Assembly: GCF_011745625.1 (NCBI RefSeq)
Contig: NW_027191470.1
Location: forward strand, 372,001 to 436,000
Length of the DNA stretch: 64,000 bases
Direction: 5' to 3'
Origin: Cladosporium halotolerans
Taxonomy: Eukaryota
Below are positions 21,900 through 34,528 of this stretch, piece by piece. Within the stretch, counting starts at the first letter, position 1; each line of letters starts with the position of its first letter. The notes under the pieces are model-generated. The model was not told the origin of the DNA, did no database searches, and saw nothing but the letters and a program-made list of their open reading frames with translations. The translations under genes and the position numbers were made by a program.

Positions 21900-24863
21900 T
21901 TACACCGGTCCGTCCAACACGCCGCTCTCCCTCAGACTGCGCCACAGTTCGGGCTCGAGGAACTTGCCCACCGTCACATCCTCGGCCAGACCCTTTCTCC
22001 TCCTCGTCTTGAGTACGAAATCCCTCGCCGTCGCCTGCGCGCTCGCAGGCTCCAGAGCGCGCAACTTGATGCTCTTGTCGAGCGGGTCGCCAGGGACGAG
22101 CGACCAGCGATCGAAGACGAGCGAGACGGTCGCCTGGCCCTGGGTGTGGATACGCAAGTCTGTCTCGAAGCCGAAGGAGTCAATGACGGGGATGAGGCCC
22201 TTGACGGAGTACAGCGGCGTGCCGGGCACGGGCGAGTCGGCGAGGACGTGGCCGCGGCGGCGCGCGAGAACGGTGTACAGCGCCGAGACGGCGTTGGCGG
22301 GGCCGAGCATTGTGCAGGAGTAGACTGGCTCCATCAGTCTGGGCCCGGCCATGAGGAAGGAGGAATAGCAGGCGCGTCGTGAGGTGGGGATGATCTGGCC
22401 GCCACCGCGGAAGATGGGCTCCGAGGCGAGGTCGATGTCTGTGAGGCGGAATTTGGTGTTGCGGATGGGCTCTTCGCAGAGCGGGCCTTCTCTACTGGCC
22501 CAGGAGAAGCCTTGCTTGACTGTGTCGCGGACGCTGCGGAGGATCTTCTGGTCGACGTCTGAGGGGAGGGTGTCGTTTTGGAGGATATTGGGGCCCATGT
22601 CTTCGGGTCCGAAAGCCCAGATATTCCGGCTGGCAAGCAAGTCATAGCCGTAGTTTTCCTCGAAGAACTTGCCAACCTTGCGGACAGGATCTTTGATGCT
22701 GACTTTTCCGGATTCGATATCTTCGGCAATGCCATCATCCAAGGGTTCGGCGACAAAAGTGAGCTTGTTCTTCTTGTTTGGCGTAAGGGCGTAGCACTTG
22801 ATGCTGCTTTGGTCCTGGACAGTCTCGCAGAAGCGAGTAACGGGGTCGGAGACCTTGATCTCCATGTTTGCGTAGAGTCTTCGCAGATCGTGAAGAACAC
22901 AGTCCATGTAGAGCTCGCCGGTGCCGAGTACTACATGCTCGCCCGATTCCTCAACCTTGGTGGTGATAAGTGGATATGACTTATTGATCTTGCGAAGACC
23001 GTCGAGCATCTTTGGGAGCTCTGAAGGATTGATAGGTTCCACTGCAACCTTGAAGACGCTCTCAAAGAAGTGTGTAACTGGCTTGAAGATGTGTGCATCT
23101 TCGTCGTCCGGAAGCTTCTGCGCAACAATAGTCGCTGACTTAACAATGCTGTTGTCAACTCCACCAAGCAGAACGAAATTACCAGCAGGTACGCCGGAGG
23201 TAGGTACGTTATACCGGCTCTCTGCCATCCATACGTCTGAAATTGTGGCTGTGACCATGTCTTCCTCGTCTTCAATCGAGTAGTTCTCGCCCAGAACCCT
23301 GACGGTATCTCCTATCCGTGCTGTACCTGACATTACACGGCCAAAAGAGTGGAAGCCAGAAGCATCTTGCGTGTTGAACAGCTTGGTGATGTGAACGACA
23401 AGAGGGCCGTCAGCATCGGCCTTCAGCATGCTCTCAGCGGTCTTTGAATCTTGCGGTCCAGCGTAAAAGTGATCCAGCTTCTGCTTCGCGCCCTCAAGTG
23501 GGTTAGGAACGTGCTCAATGACCATGTCGACGAAGCCACTAGCAGGACCGAAGAATTGCTCGCACACCATCTTCAACAGGTCCTTCGCGTTTGCGCGCAG
23601 CTGTGAGGGCTTCAACTGAATTCCAAGATCCTTGAGTGTTTGTTTGAGATCCTCCGGGCTCTCCGAAATAGTGTGGCTGTAAAGCTTGTAGATGGGCTCC
23701 ATCACAAAATTGACAAATGATCTCCTTGCACTCTCTTCCACGGCCTTCCTCGTAAACTTGCGCGATTGCGGGTTGAAGAAGATGTCTCCCCACAGCCTTT
23801 TGCTGAACTCCCTGACGTCGAATTGTGCTGACGGATAGCTCTCGGCGTACATCTTCGCAAAGCTGGGCAGCGTAAAGCACCAGCCCATGCTGCTACTCGC
23901 AAACGCGACGTTCCCCTTCTCAGGACTGACCCTGAACTTCTCCCCTCTCCCAGGAATCGCCTCTTCAATCTTCGTGTTGACCTCTTCCACGACATGCTTA
24001 AGCTTGAAGTATGCATCGTTGGGCGGAAGCTTCAGTTCCAGGATTAATCGATCCATCTTGTTGATCAGCAATACTATAGGCAGATCGACAAGTACCGCAT
24101 GCTTGATCGCAAGCTCGGTCTGGACCTGCACGCCTTCCACCACATCGACCACCAGAACCACAGCGTCCGCTAGGCGCATTGAAGCTGCAACCTCGTCCGC
24201 AAAGTTGACGTGACCCGGAGTATCTATGATGTTCAAAAGGTGTGTTTTGCCACTCGTGCTTTCCAGCGGGAGCGACATCGGGCTCGACTTGATCGATACA
24301 CCCCTCTCATGTTCCAAGATGTGCGTATCTGTGTATCGCAAGCGGTCGTCGCGAGCTTTCCCAGTCTTCCCTTCCTGATAAGCTGATACATCGTGTGTTT
24401 GTGCCACCAGCATATCCATTACGCTCGTCTTTCCGTGGTGTAAATGTCCGACCAACGCGATATTCCTGATTTGTTCCGGGAAGCTCATCAAGTCCGAAAG
24501 GAAACCTCTATCGAAGTATACCGGCGGCAGGTCCTCTTCCTGGACTGTGAATTTCTTCGTCTCCACCGGCGCGACGATGGGCTGCTGCAGAGTCTGTGTG
24601 TCTTCCTCTTGCACCAATGTTTCCACATCTGGACCGTAGACTTGCGACGCCGAAGGATAGTACTGCTTGTCTTCGTGTAACACGACCGCATTCGAAGGCC
24701 CGTCTTCGTCCACTTCCATCATCTCCTGGCCCACCGGCCCTGTCTCCTCGGCTTCATCGTCGTCCAGATATTGCGCGCCATCATACGCCGGCTGCTGGTC
24801 TTCCTCCTCGCTCTCCTCCGGCTCGCCGATGTAGTTGCCAAACTCGTCGTAAAGATCGTCCAT
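21900..24863 (-). CDS. SNU114: U5 snRNP 116 kDa GTPase (EF-2-like)
   Basis: MDDLYDEFGNYIG start (ATG 24863), VVLHEDKQYYPSA, GHLHHGKT, DTPGHVNF, NKMDRL and DFVLKTRRRKGL; intronless. Confidence 0.97.
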   Translation of the reverse strand: MDDLYDEFGNYIGEPEESEEEDQQPAYDGAQYLDDDEAEETGPVGQEMMEVDEDGPSNAVVLHEDKQYYPSASQVYGPDVETLVQEEDTQTLQQPIVAPVETKKFTVQEEDLPPVYFDRGFLSDLMSFPEQIRNIALVGHLHHGKTSVMDMLVAQTHDVSAYQEGKTGKARDDRLRYTDTHILEHERGVSIKSSPMSLPLESTSGKTHLLNIIDTPGHVNFADEVAASMRLADAVVLVVDVVEGVQVQTELAIKHAVLVDLPIVLLINKMDRLILELKLPPNDAYFKLKHVVEEVNTKIEEAIPGRGEKFRVSPEKGNVAFASSSMGWCFTLPSFAKMYAESYPSAQFDVREFSKRLWGDIFFNPQSRKFTRKAVEESARRSFVNFVMEPIYKLYSHTISESPEDLKQTLKDLGIQLKPSQLRANAKDLLKMVCEQFFGPASGFVDMVIEHVPNPLEGAKQKLDHFYAGPQDSKTAESMLKADADGPLVVHITKLFNTQDASGFHSFGRVMSGTARIGDTVRVLGENYSIEDEEDMVTATISDVWMAESRYNVPTSGVPAGNFVLLGGVDNSIVKSATIVAQKLPDDEDAHIFKPVTHFFESVFKVAVEPINPSELPKMLDGLRKINKSYPLITTKVEESGEHVVLGTGELYMDCVLHDLRRLYANMEIKVSDPVTRFCETVQDQSSIKCYALTPNKKNKLTFVAEPLDDGIAEDIESGKVSIKDPVRKVGKFFEENYGYDLLASRNIWAFGPEDMGPNILQNDTLPSDVDQKILRSVRDTVKQGFSWASREGPLCEEPIRNTKFRLTDIDLASEPIFRGGGQIIPTSRRACYSSFLMAGPRLMEPVYSCTMLGPANAVSALYTVLARRRGHVLADSPVPGTPLYSVKGLIPVIDSFGFETDLRIHTQGQATVSLVFDRWSLVPGDPLDKSIKLRALEPASAQATARDFVLKTRRRKGLAEDVTVGKFLEPELWRSLRESGVLDGPV

Positions 24864-25989
24864 GGTCCCGGTCGTTGACTGGTCCAGCTGCACACTCTTC
24901 GCGGCAGATTCTGGTCTCCGAATGACGATGCGCGCAATAGATCGCGTGTCGCGAAAGTCTTCTGGAAGAACGCTGGCGCGCGAGTCATGTGCCCACTGGT
25001 CAAGCTCTGGACGCAGTCGCTAATCGACTGGGGGGAAGCAACAGGGTTGAAATCTTGAACTATTGTAATCGGAACGGTGACCTTGTGTACAGCAACTTCC
25101 ATATGGGTCACTGTACATAAGTATACATGAGTATCTGGTCCGTCTTCCAAGAGTATTGTCAAGCCTGCACATCTCGTGTTCCGGGAAAACACATACTCAG
25201 CCTATGATTGGCTCGGCTAGACCCGCAACTAGCTGCGGTCTCATGTCTTGTGGAAGGTCAAATACCTTACAGTCCCCTGTTTGGTATTCGGTATGCAACG
25301 AGTATAACACTCATCGCGGCTTTTAAACCTACAATGCTATAGCTGCCGGGCTCCATAGTCTTATGATCGTCTCCCTGTAGTACCAATTTTCTTTAGCACG
25401 TACAGTTGGGACATCTAAGAGGTGCTCTCTGCTTCCGAATTGGTTTGATTCCTATCCGAGGATTCCTTGAACCCCAATGACCATATACAACAACGTGGCC
25501 TAAAAGGCTACGTCACTTGAACTATGTAGGTGACGCATTTCATCCGATTACTTGCCCGAGGAATTCACATCCATGCCTGCGGTGCGGGCTCTTTTTTTCG
25601 TGTGAAAGGTCATAGATCGACTACAACGGAAGGAAAATAAATCGCATTCTCATCGACAGACCCACATAGGATCCCTAGAAGTGGCATAAAGCAGCTTATG
25701 CTTAATCTTGCTAAGCGATAAAGGTACACGTTGACCAAGGGATATCTAACGAGATCATGAGACTCTGGCTGCCTCACCCATTTGCGCAGTAAGGCTAGGG
25801 TTAGGGTACTCAACGGTAGCTCGCGGTAACATCCGTCTGCAGGGAGCACCTGCAGTGAGATTAGCGCGGGGTTATTTGGCAGTATCGTTCGATGGTGAAG
25901 GCAGTCGGTAGGGAACAACAATTTCTTGGGCCGACACCGCTCTTCGCAACCACCACATCGCATTCTCTCCTTGTCTTTCTGGTCTCTAA

Positions 25990-27228
<1,239 letters not shown>

Positions 27229-27968
27229 AAAGTTATGATACTCCAGGGTTTAGTAAAATAAGGGTTGCAGCATTTGAGCGGTACATATCTGAGAGCCGAG
27301 ATTGAATGAAAGCATGCTTCACGATCAAACATCTACCCTCCTGTCTACGATCGCACTCGAGATGAAAAATGCATGGATTGCAGGTCAATCAAGCCAAAGC
27401 TATGACTATAGGGCTGCAGTCGGTGACAAATTTCCCGTCGTAAATATTCTAGGGCATCTTGCATGCATAATCTTCGCAGCAACAGAAGATTACCTGACGC
27501 ACAGGTCAGCGCGTGCTCACCAAAGCGAAGCTTGAATTGCAGCTGCACAAGCGAAAAGACGGCGACTCGGGCTTGTTTCCGGCGGCGCCCGGCTGTGGTC
27601 CAGCCCCGGCCCTGATCTGCACAGTGAGGCATGACGTCGTGATTTGAGATCCGAGCCGGCGCATCGCGTTATATTCCCTGACCATGGTCTGATTACTTAC
27701 AAAGCGCATGAGCAGCTTCACCTTCCAAAGGTGCTCAATCTGACTAAGACACTTGTGTCTCTCAAATCACTGAAACGAACCCCCTGCCCGACCTCACTTT
27801 ATCGCTTGCAGCCTCAGCCACGCGAAAGGAAACAACATTCCAAATCAATCGCGACTGCGGCCGTAGCATTTCACTGGAAAGGCTTCTAAAGGAAGCGATC
27901 TCCTTTCAAAACAGCACACATCAAGAAGAACCTCACAACTCGCGCACAACTACATCAATCAACCCACA

Positions 27969-28802
27969 ATGGCCCCCAACGTCGCCAAACTCATCCCCTC
28001 CGACCCGGAGAAAGTAATGGTAATCCGCTCCATCACGCCCGACATCAAGACCTTCTCCACGCCCTTCCTACGCTTCGGCCGTGTCAAAATCGGCGGCCGC
28101 GGCACCGCCGTGCGCCTCGGCTCCGGCACGACCGCTGTCTTCTCGCCCGTCGCGCTGACGCCCACCGTGCGCGCGGAGATGGCTTCGCTGGGCCCGACCA
28201 AGTACCTCGTCGCGCTGGACCAGGAGCACCACATCTTCCTTGAGGACTGGCACAAGGCGTTTCCCGACGCCAAGGTCATCGCGCCTGAGACGCTGCCCGC
28301 ATACCGCGACAAGCAGGGCTACTTCCGCATCCCCGAGGGCAATTGGAAGCTGTTCGAGGCAGGGGCGAGCGCGCAAGGGAAGCTGAGCGTGGACGAGGAG
28401 TTCGATCGCGAGTTCGACTTTACGTATGTGGACGGGCATGCGAATAAGGAGGTTGTGTTCAACCACCGCAAATCGGGCACGCTGATTGAGGGCGACTTGC
28501 TGTTCAATTTGCCAGCGACGGAGCAGTTCTCGAGGTCGGGCCTTGATCCTAAATCTGGGCTGCTTTCCAGGCTTTTCAGTTGGCTCAACAGTACGCAGGG
28601 TGAGGCGCTTGCGCAACGGCGACTGATCTGGTACGGAATCTGCGAGAACAAGCCGGCGTACAACAGGGAGGTGAACAGGATTTCTGGGTGGAAGTTCGAC
28701 AGGATTATTCCTTGCCATGGAGACGTCATTGAGACTGGAGGCAAGGGCATTTTCGACAAGGTGATGAAGTGGCACTTGGAGGCGGCGAGGAAGGGCCAGT
28801 GA
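27969..28802 (+). CDS. DUF4336-type metallo-beta-lactamase-fold protein
   Basis: FSPVALT, LVALDQEHHIFL, EVVFNHRKSGTLIEGDLLFNLP and WKFDRIIPCHGDVIE. Confidence 0.8.
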   Translation: MAPNVAKLIPSDPEKVMVIRSITPDIKTFSTPFLRFGRVKIGGRGTAVRLGSGTTAVFSPVALTPTVRAEMASLGPTKYLVALDQEHHIFLEDWHKAFPDAKVIAPETLPAYRDKQGYFRIPEGNWKLFEAGASAQGKLSVDEEFDREFDFTYVDGHANKEVVFNHRKSGTLIEGDLLFNLPATEQFSRSGLDPKSGLLSRLFSWLNSTQGEALAQRRLIWYGICENKPAYNREVNRISGWKFDRIIPCHGDVIETGGKGIFDKVMKWHLEAARKGQ

Positions 28803-29094
28803 TTGTACAAAAACCCGCGGAGTAATGATGTTTTGACGGCGAGCGACGGTGTACGGCGAGATTGAAGAAGCGATGCTGTGATGAGATCAGACGCTGCTTG
28901 TGGGTGTATGTCTATATTGTGTTCTATATCTATCGTAATGTTTCCTTTCAACAAGTCCCGTGGAAAATCGAGCCTGGACCAGCCGGGCCAACAGAAGATG
29001 CTTAGACGACGCTCACGCATGTAATGCAACATCATCGTGGCCTCTCCCAGTTTCACGTGGCGAGAGCCAAGTTCTCATGAGGCAAAAAGCGCTC

Positions 29095-29989
29095 TCAAGG
29101 ATGACCGGCGACAGGATCTCCATTTAGTCCATTGAAGTCCTCCGAGACCTCCCAAATCGCTCTCTCGACCGTCTTGGCATTCGAGAAAATCTTCTTCGAC
29201 ATTTTGAGTCTCAGGCACCAGCTGGCCATTCTCAATCGCATAGTCCAAAAGCGCCTGATGTGACTCGTACTCATGCAACGCCAGGAATCTCGGAGCCTCT
29301 TGATCTGGATTGTTGCCACTCCCAGGACCCAGCAAACGGTATCGCGTACAGCGCACGAAGATCGGCGTTCTAGCGAGCAAATCCAAGTGCTCGCCGCGAT
29401 ACCAGTCGTCTAACAGCGCTTCGTCACCGTCAGCAGGCTCGATTCCTACCGCGACAACACATCGTCCGTTCGTGGGGCGACCTTTGTGGTTGGGCGGCTC
29501 GTAGCGTTGGATGAGCGAGTAGCCTTTGAGATTGGCGCCATAGTGCTCTGCCGGTATCGAGCCTTTCCTGTGCTCTAGCCGTCGTGGTGCGGATATCTGT
29601 GGGGGCTCGAACTGTATGGGCAGCCGGGCGAACGCGGCCATCGCATCGGTGGAGTTTACATCGTGGATGCGCACGGCAAGCGCGCAGCAGCCGCCGTTGA
29701 GCGGTTTGAAGCGGGTTTGGAGGGTCCCGCTGCGGGCAGATGGGTTCGTATTGCTCAACTGCCAGAGCAGCGTGATTCCTGGCGATTCAAGAAGGGCGGG
29801 CGCGAGCAGATCAGTGACGATGTGCTGCAACTCGCTTTCGTCTGCAGTATGCTCGAAGGCGCCCAGTATGATCCAGGCGAGCCCTGAGGCGTTGTTGTCG
29901 ATGGGTGTGATGTCTTTAGAGGGTTCGTGCACAGAACCAAAGAGAGAGTGTAGACGCTTCAGGCCGTGGCGAGGGCGAGCGATGGTCAT
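29095..29989 (-). CDS. EthD-like dimeric alpha/beta-barrel hypothetical protein with an apparent 1-nt frameshift near the 3' end
   Basis: VAVGIEPADGDEALLDDWYRGEHLDLL..FVRCTRY..PRFLALHEYES pattern. Removing one base from the T-run at 29202-29205 gives PETQMSKKIFSNAKTVERAIWEV and a stop at 29095. As written, the frame stops at 29075. Confidence 0.55.
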
Positions 29990-30425
29990 CACCGAGAAGT
30001 GAGGTAAGGCTATAGCTGGCCGCCTTCTCTATGCTTTCCAGCCTCGTCTTCACGGCAAAAGCGCAGATCTAGGAATTACATACGACAAGAGGTTGCAGAT
30101 AAGAGGCGCGTTTGCCCTGGCGGGTCTGCTCGGGCCTTGCAGAAGTGGAAATTTCCGTAAATGCCCATGATGACGACCCTTCCTTCCGCTGCCGTGGTCC
30201 GTCGAAGGATGGGAGAGGCTGGCGTTTCTTGGGATGGTTCGGCGCGGACCTCGAGGCAGGGAACAGGCGCCGGGCGGCATTTGATGTCACGTGCTGAGAC
30301 TTGCTGGGCCGGACTGCGCAATACGCACGGCCACAGCCACATGGGCAGGCATCATTGCGTGAGCGAACTCCACTATCGCAATTGTTCGCGCGAGCGAGCT
30401 CTCTCACAACATCCCGTTTGCCGCC

Positions 30426-31985
30426 ATGGTCCTGGCATCAACACATCCAAGCTCACTGAGGGCTGCCCGGCGCCTCCTTGAGCTTCCACCCGCGGTGCGG
30501 CGAAGCTTCTGGTCAACTGCATCCGCAGCAGCTATTGAGCGGAAACCCGAGATCTTCGACCTTGTATGCGTTGGTGGAGGGCCGGCGGGACTCTCTCTGG
30601 TGTCAGCTCTGCGATCAGACCCGGCTACCAAGGGACTCAAAATTGCATTGGTTGATGGCCAGGATCTCACGACCTCTCGCACACCCGGAAATGAGGGCTT
30701 CTCAAATCGATGCTCCTCGCTCACGCCTGCGTCTTTACATTTTCTGAAAGAGATTGGAGCGTGGAACAATGTCAACAACATAAGAACTCAGCCGTACCAT
30801 GGAATGGAGGTCTGGGATGGCGTGAGTGGGAGCAAGATCAGCTTTGATCCCGTGGACCAGACACCCGGTCTGTTGGACTCATTAGCAGAGCTTGTTCCCG
30901 GGTCGCGCTTTGCGGCGAGTAAGAGGAAGTACGAGACGGGTGACCCGACCACAGTGGCGACGATATGCGAGAACGGAAACTTGACTGCAGCACTGTTACA
31001 GCAATTGAAGGAGTCAGGCGGGGTTGAGATCTTGGACAAGACAAAGGTGGAATCGATAAATCTAGGACCCGAACCCGAGAACGAAGAAGCGCTCGATCTC
31101 TCACAATGGCCGGTTCTGACTCTTCCGAACAACCGCCAGCTTGCTGCTCGTCTACTTGTCGGTGCGGATGGTGCCAACAGCCCCGTCAGACAGTTTGCCG
31201 ACATACCCTCTCACGGCTGGGACTACGGCCAGAACGGTGTTGTAGCGACTCTGCAGCTCGATAGAAGCTTTACAGCAGACGAAATTCGCACAGCTTACCA
31301 GCGCTTTCTTCCTACCGGTCCCATCGCTCTCCTGCCTCTCCCTGGCAACAGAGCAAGTCTTGTCTGGAGCACCACTGCCCCCTTCGCGACAAAACTCAAG
31401 CAGCTCTCTCCGCCCGATTTCATTGCCATGGTCAATGCAGCATTCAGGCTCCTGCCTATAGACATTGACTTCATGCTCACACATCACGAATCCGTCTCCC
31501 CGGCATCGGAACTGGCCTGGCGCGAAACCAGCACAAATAGCAAATCTCTCGGCCTGCTCAACACATTCCCTCGCGTAGCAGAAGTGCAAGAAGGTAGCGT
31601 AGCCAGCTTCCCTCTCCGCATGCGACACGCAGATACCTACACTGGCCACCGGGTTGCCTTGATCGGCGACGCAGCACACACAGTTCACCCTCTTGCCGGC
31701 CAGGGCCTCAACCTCGGCCTCGCAGATTCGGAGAGCCTGGTGAAGTCGATCGCCTACGGCATGGAGACCGGCATGGACATTGGCAGCTGTTGGTGTCTGG
31801 ACGGCTACAATGCGGATCGCTGGGCGAAGAACAACGCTATGCTCGGAGTGGTCGACAAGCTTCAGAAGCTTTATTCGGTCGGCTCCGGCCCTGTCGTTTG
31901 GGGCAGGAGCTTGGGCTTAGATTTAGTCAACAAGATGGGACCTCTCAAGGGTGCGTTGATGGGTGCTGCTGCGGGGACGAAGTAA
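30426..31985 (+). CDS. COQ6: Ubiquinone biosynthesis FAD monooxygenase Coq6
   Basis: Presequence-like N-terminus; DLVCVGGGPAGL, LLVGADGANSPVR, AYQRFLPTGPIALLPL and ALIGDAAHTVHPLAGQGLNLG. Confidence 0.95.
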   Translation: MVLASTHPSSLRAARRLLELPPAVRRSFWSTASAAAIERKPEIFDLVCVGGGPAGLSLVSALRSDPATKGLKIALVDGQDLTTSRTPGNEGFSNRCSSLTPASLHFLKEIGAWNNVNNIRTQPYHGMEVWDGVSGSKISFDPVDQTPGLLDSLAELVPGSRFAASKRKYETGDPTTVATICENGNLTAALLQQLKESGGVEILDKTKVESINLGPEPENEEALDLSQWPVLTLPNNRQLAARLLVGADGANSPVRQFADIPSHGWDYGQNGVVATLQLDRSFTADEIRTAYQRFLPTGPIALLPLPGNRASLVWSTTAPFATKLKQLSPPDFIAMVNAAFRLLPIDIDFMLTHHESVSPASELAWRETSTNSKSLGLLNTFPRVAEVQEGSVASFPLRMRHADTYTGHRVALIGDAAHTVHPLAGQGLNLGLADSESLVKSIAYGMETGMDIGSCWCLDGYNADRWAKNNAMLGVVDKLQKLYSVGSGPVVWGRSLGLDLVNKMGPLKGALMGAAAGTK

Positions 31986-32456
31986 GGGAAAGTTGATTTG
32001 TAATATACCGCGTTCACGCAGGAGGTGGATCGCGACTGTAGAACTATAAAATAATGATCAAGATGAGGCGAGCCATCTGCATTCCACCGGTATCGATTGT
32101 TTTGTCCCCCACCTTAGATTCGTCTCGGAAGCGTCGCGTTCATTGCAGCATCCGGGCTTTCAACGTCACGTTGCACCGTAGTCACGTTGAAGATCGATGA
32201 GCCGCAAATTAATTTTGCGCTCAATTACGATGGTCACGCTTTGAATGCATTATTAATCTCTAGTTGTTCAGGTTACATGATGACGTAATACGCACTGTTT
32301 TCGTCCACTCTTCGATCTGGAAGCTCCGGCAGGAGTGGAGGTAAACTCATTGCACCAGACCGACCTCGGCTGCCGCTCGCATCGTTTGTACGTTGTCATA
32401 CGGGGGAGATCGGTACCGCAAGCACTCCAACATCATTCGAAAACAACGGAATCAAA

Positions 32457-33442
32457 ATGTCGGTACAATCTCCAACGCCAACTGATCAAGATCTTCTCAT
32501 CTGCACAGCATGCGGTACCGAGTTTGATCAGCCTGCCGACCAACCTCTGTCTAACTGCGTTATATGCGATGTGAGTCCAAGACTCAGCATAACGACATTC
32601 AAGACTTCCACAGAAGTAAAGGCACACGTAACTGACACTCACCGTCCCAGGACCCGCGCCAGTTCGTCCCACCCCAAGGGCAAACCTGGACCTCGCGCTC
32701 TCAGATGAGCGGCAAATACACCAACAAATGGCAACCCATCGACGACAATCCCAACCTCTGGTCGATCTGGACGGAGCCCAAATTCGGCATCGGACAGCGC
32801 GCGATCCTGCTCAAAACGCCCGCCGGCAACGTGCTGTGGGACTGCATCGCGTACCTCGACACCGCGACCGTCGACTTCGTCAAGTCCCACGGCGGCCTCA
32901 AAGCCATCGTCATCTCGCACCCGCACTACTACACGACGCACCTCAGCTGGGCCTTCGCGTTCGGCTGCCCGGTGTACGTAGCGGCTGAGGATGCAAGCTG
33001 GGTGCAGCGGGAGGACCGCTGGGGGCTGCGGAAGCTGTTGTCGCAGCAGGCGACGGAGGTCGTGCGTGGTGTTACGGCGGTAAAGACTGGCGGGCACTTT
33101 CCTGGCTCGCTGGTACTGCATTGGGATTCGCGACTGTTCATCGCGGATACGCTCGTCACGGTCCCGTCGGCGCTGTATCATAAGGACCGGCCGAAGGGCA
33201 CGACGAGCTATGCGTTCATGTGGAGCATTCCGAATATGATTCCGCTGCCGCCAGGTGAGATGCAGAAGATGTGGAAGGCGATGGAGCCGTGGGAGTTTGG
33301 GAGCACTCACGGGGCGTTTGTTGGGATGGAGGTTAGGGATAGTGATGGTGGTGGGAAGGTGAAGGAGAGAGTGAGGGAGAGTATGAGGATTCAGGCGGGC
33401 GGCGAGGGGTGGATTGAGAGTTTGGGAGATGGTTGGCCTTGA
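32457..33442 (+). CDS. Metallo-beta-lactamase-fold hydrolase with N-terminal CxxC..CxxC knuckle, 2 exons
   Basis: LICTACGTEF..CVICD, then intron 32571-32650, then DPRQFVPPQGQTW. Also FGIGQRAILL, LWDC, ISHPHYY, GGHFPGS and FMWSIPNMIPL. Confidence 0.85.
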
Positions 33443-33573
33443 TGGGTGGATGGTGTAGTTGATGTTATTTATACGTCGGGCCCGTTCTTCGGGCGCCTTG
33501 ATTTTCGTAAGTCGGTAATGGAAAAGCTCTTCCTTTTGCCATGCTGAAAGGCGAGGAAAGCGCTCGGCATGCT

Positions 33574-34436
33574 TCACTGAGGAGCAACGCCGTTGATGCT
33601 GGGCAGAGTGCCACCGAAACCACCCGTGGAGCCAAAACCGCCGACTCCGCGGACAGTCTGCTCCAGCTCCTCGACGACAACGACCTCCGGGGTATATATC
33701 TAGCAAAAATGTCAGTAAAATGCGATTTCCACTGCGAACATCTAACCCAAGTGTATACGTACCCTCTCAATAATCAATTGCGCAACTCTCTCGCCCTCCT
33801 CTACCTTGAAGTCGACCTCGCTGAAGTTGAACAGCAGCACCTTCAGTGGGCCTCGGTAGTCCGCATCAATCACACCAGCACCCACATCAATGCTGTGCTT
33901 GCTCGCAAGTCCGCTACGCGGGGCGACGCGGCCGTACGTCCCTGCAGGGACGGCGATGGAAATGTCCGTGTCGACCAGCACCTTGCCGCGAGCAGGAATT
34001 GTGGTGGGTTTCGAAGCGTACAGGTCGTAGCCGGCAGCGAAGGCGGAGCCACGTGTGGGCGCTTTGGCGGTGGGTGACAGGAACTTGACCTGCAGCGCGG
34101 GAGGTGGAGGCTCAATAGACATGGAGGGCAGGGCGGTGGCAGGCTGGGGAGCGGCGGAGGCCATTGGGTCTGTGAGGGGTGCGGTATCGGGAGTGGGTGT
34201 CGGCTGGGCGGAGTTGAGAATTGCTGTATCAAAGGAGAGGGAGTCAGTCAAAGTATGCGTTGCCGTGGTATTTGGCCTTGGACGTTTGGAAGTGGGGTTT
34301 TTGACGAGGGCGGTGAACGCGTACATGCGACGGTAAGGTTGGCGGCAGGCTCAGTGTACTTTGTGCGCTTGGGCTCCGGGCTGGCAGGCAGGCTGGGAGT
34401 CTCGTGCTGGGGCTGAGGAGTTGCTTCTTCGGCCAT
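33574..34436 (-). CDS. DUT1: dUTP pyrophosphatase, 3 exons
   Basis: [34 protein letters not shown] and [10 protein letters not shown]. Introns 34224-34324 and 33700-33762. Exon 1 carries an NLS-like PEPKRTK. Confidence 0.93.
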
Positions 34437-34461
34437 GATATACAGAGTGATGTTCAATGAC

Positions 34462-34528
34462 ACGCGTGGTTGGGTGCGGAAGTGGTTCATCAATTGGCGG
34501 GGCACGCGTTTCGTTCCTGGCTACGCGT
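34462..34528. promoter_or_regulatory. Triple MCB (ACGCGT) cluster upstream of DUT1
   Basis: Exact ACGCGT at 34462-34467, 34504-34509 and 34523-34528. Confidence 0.7.

Noticed and set aside
25884..25893. ATCGTTCGAT SREBP-like site upstream of ERG10
   Set aside because: A single imperfect match, not distinguishable from chance.
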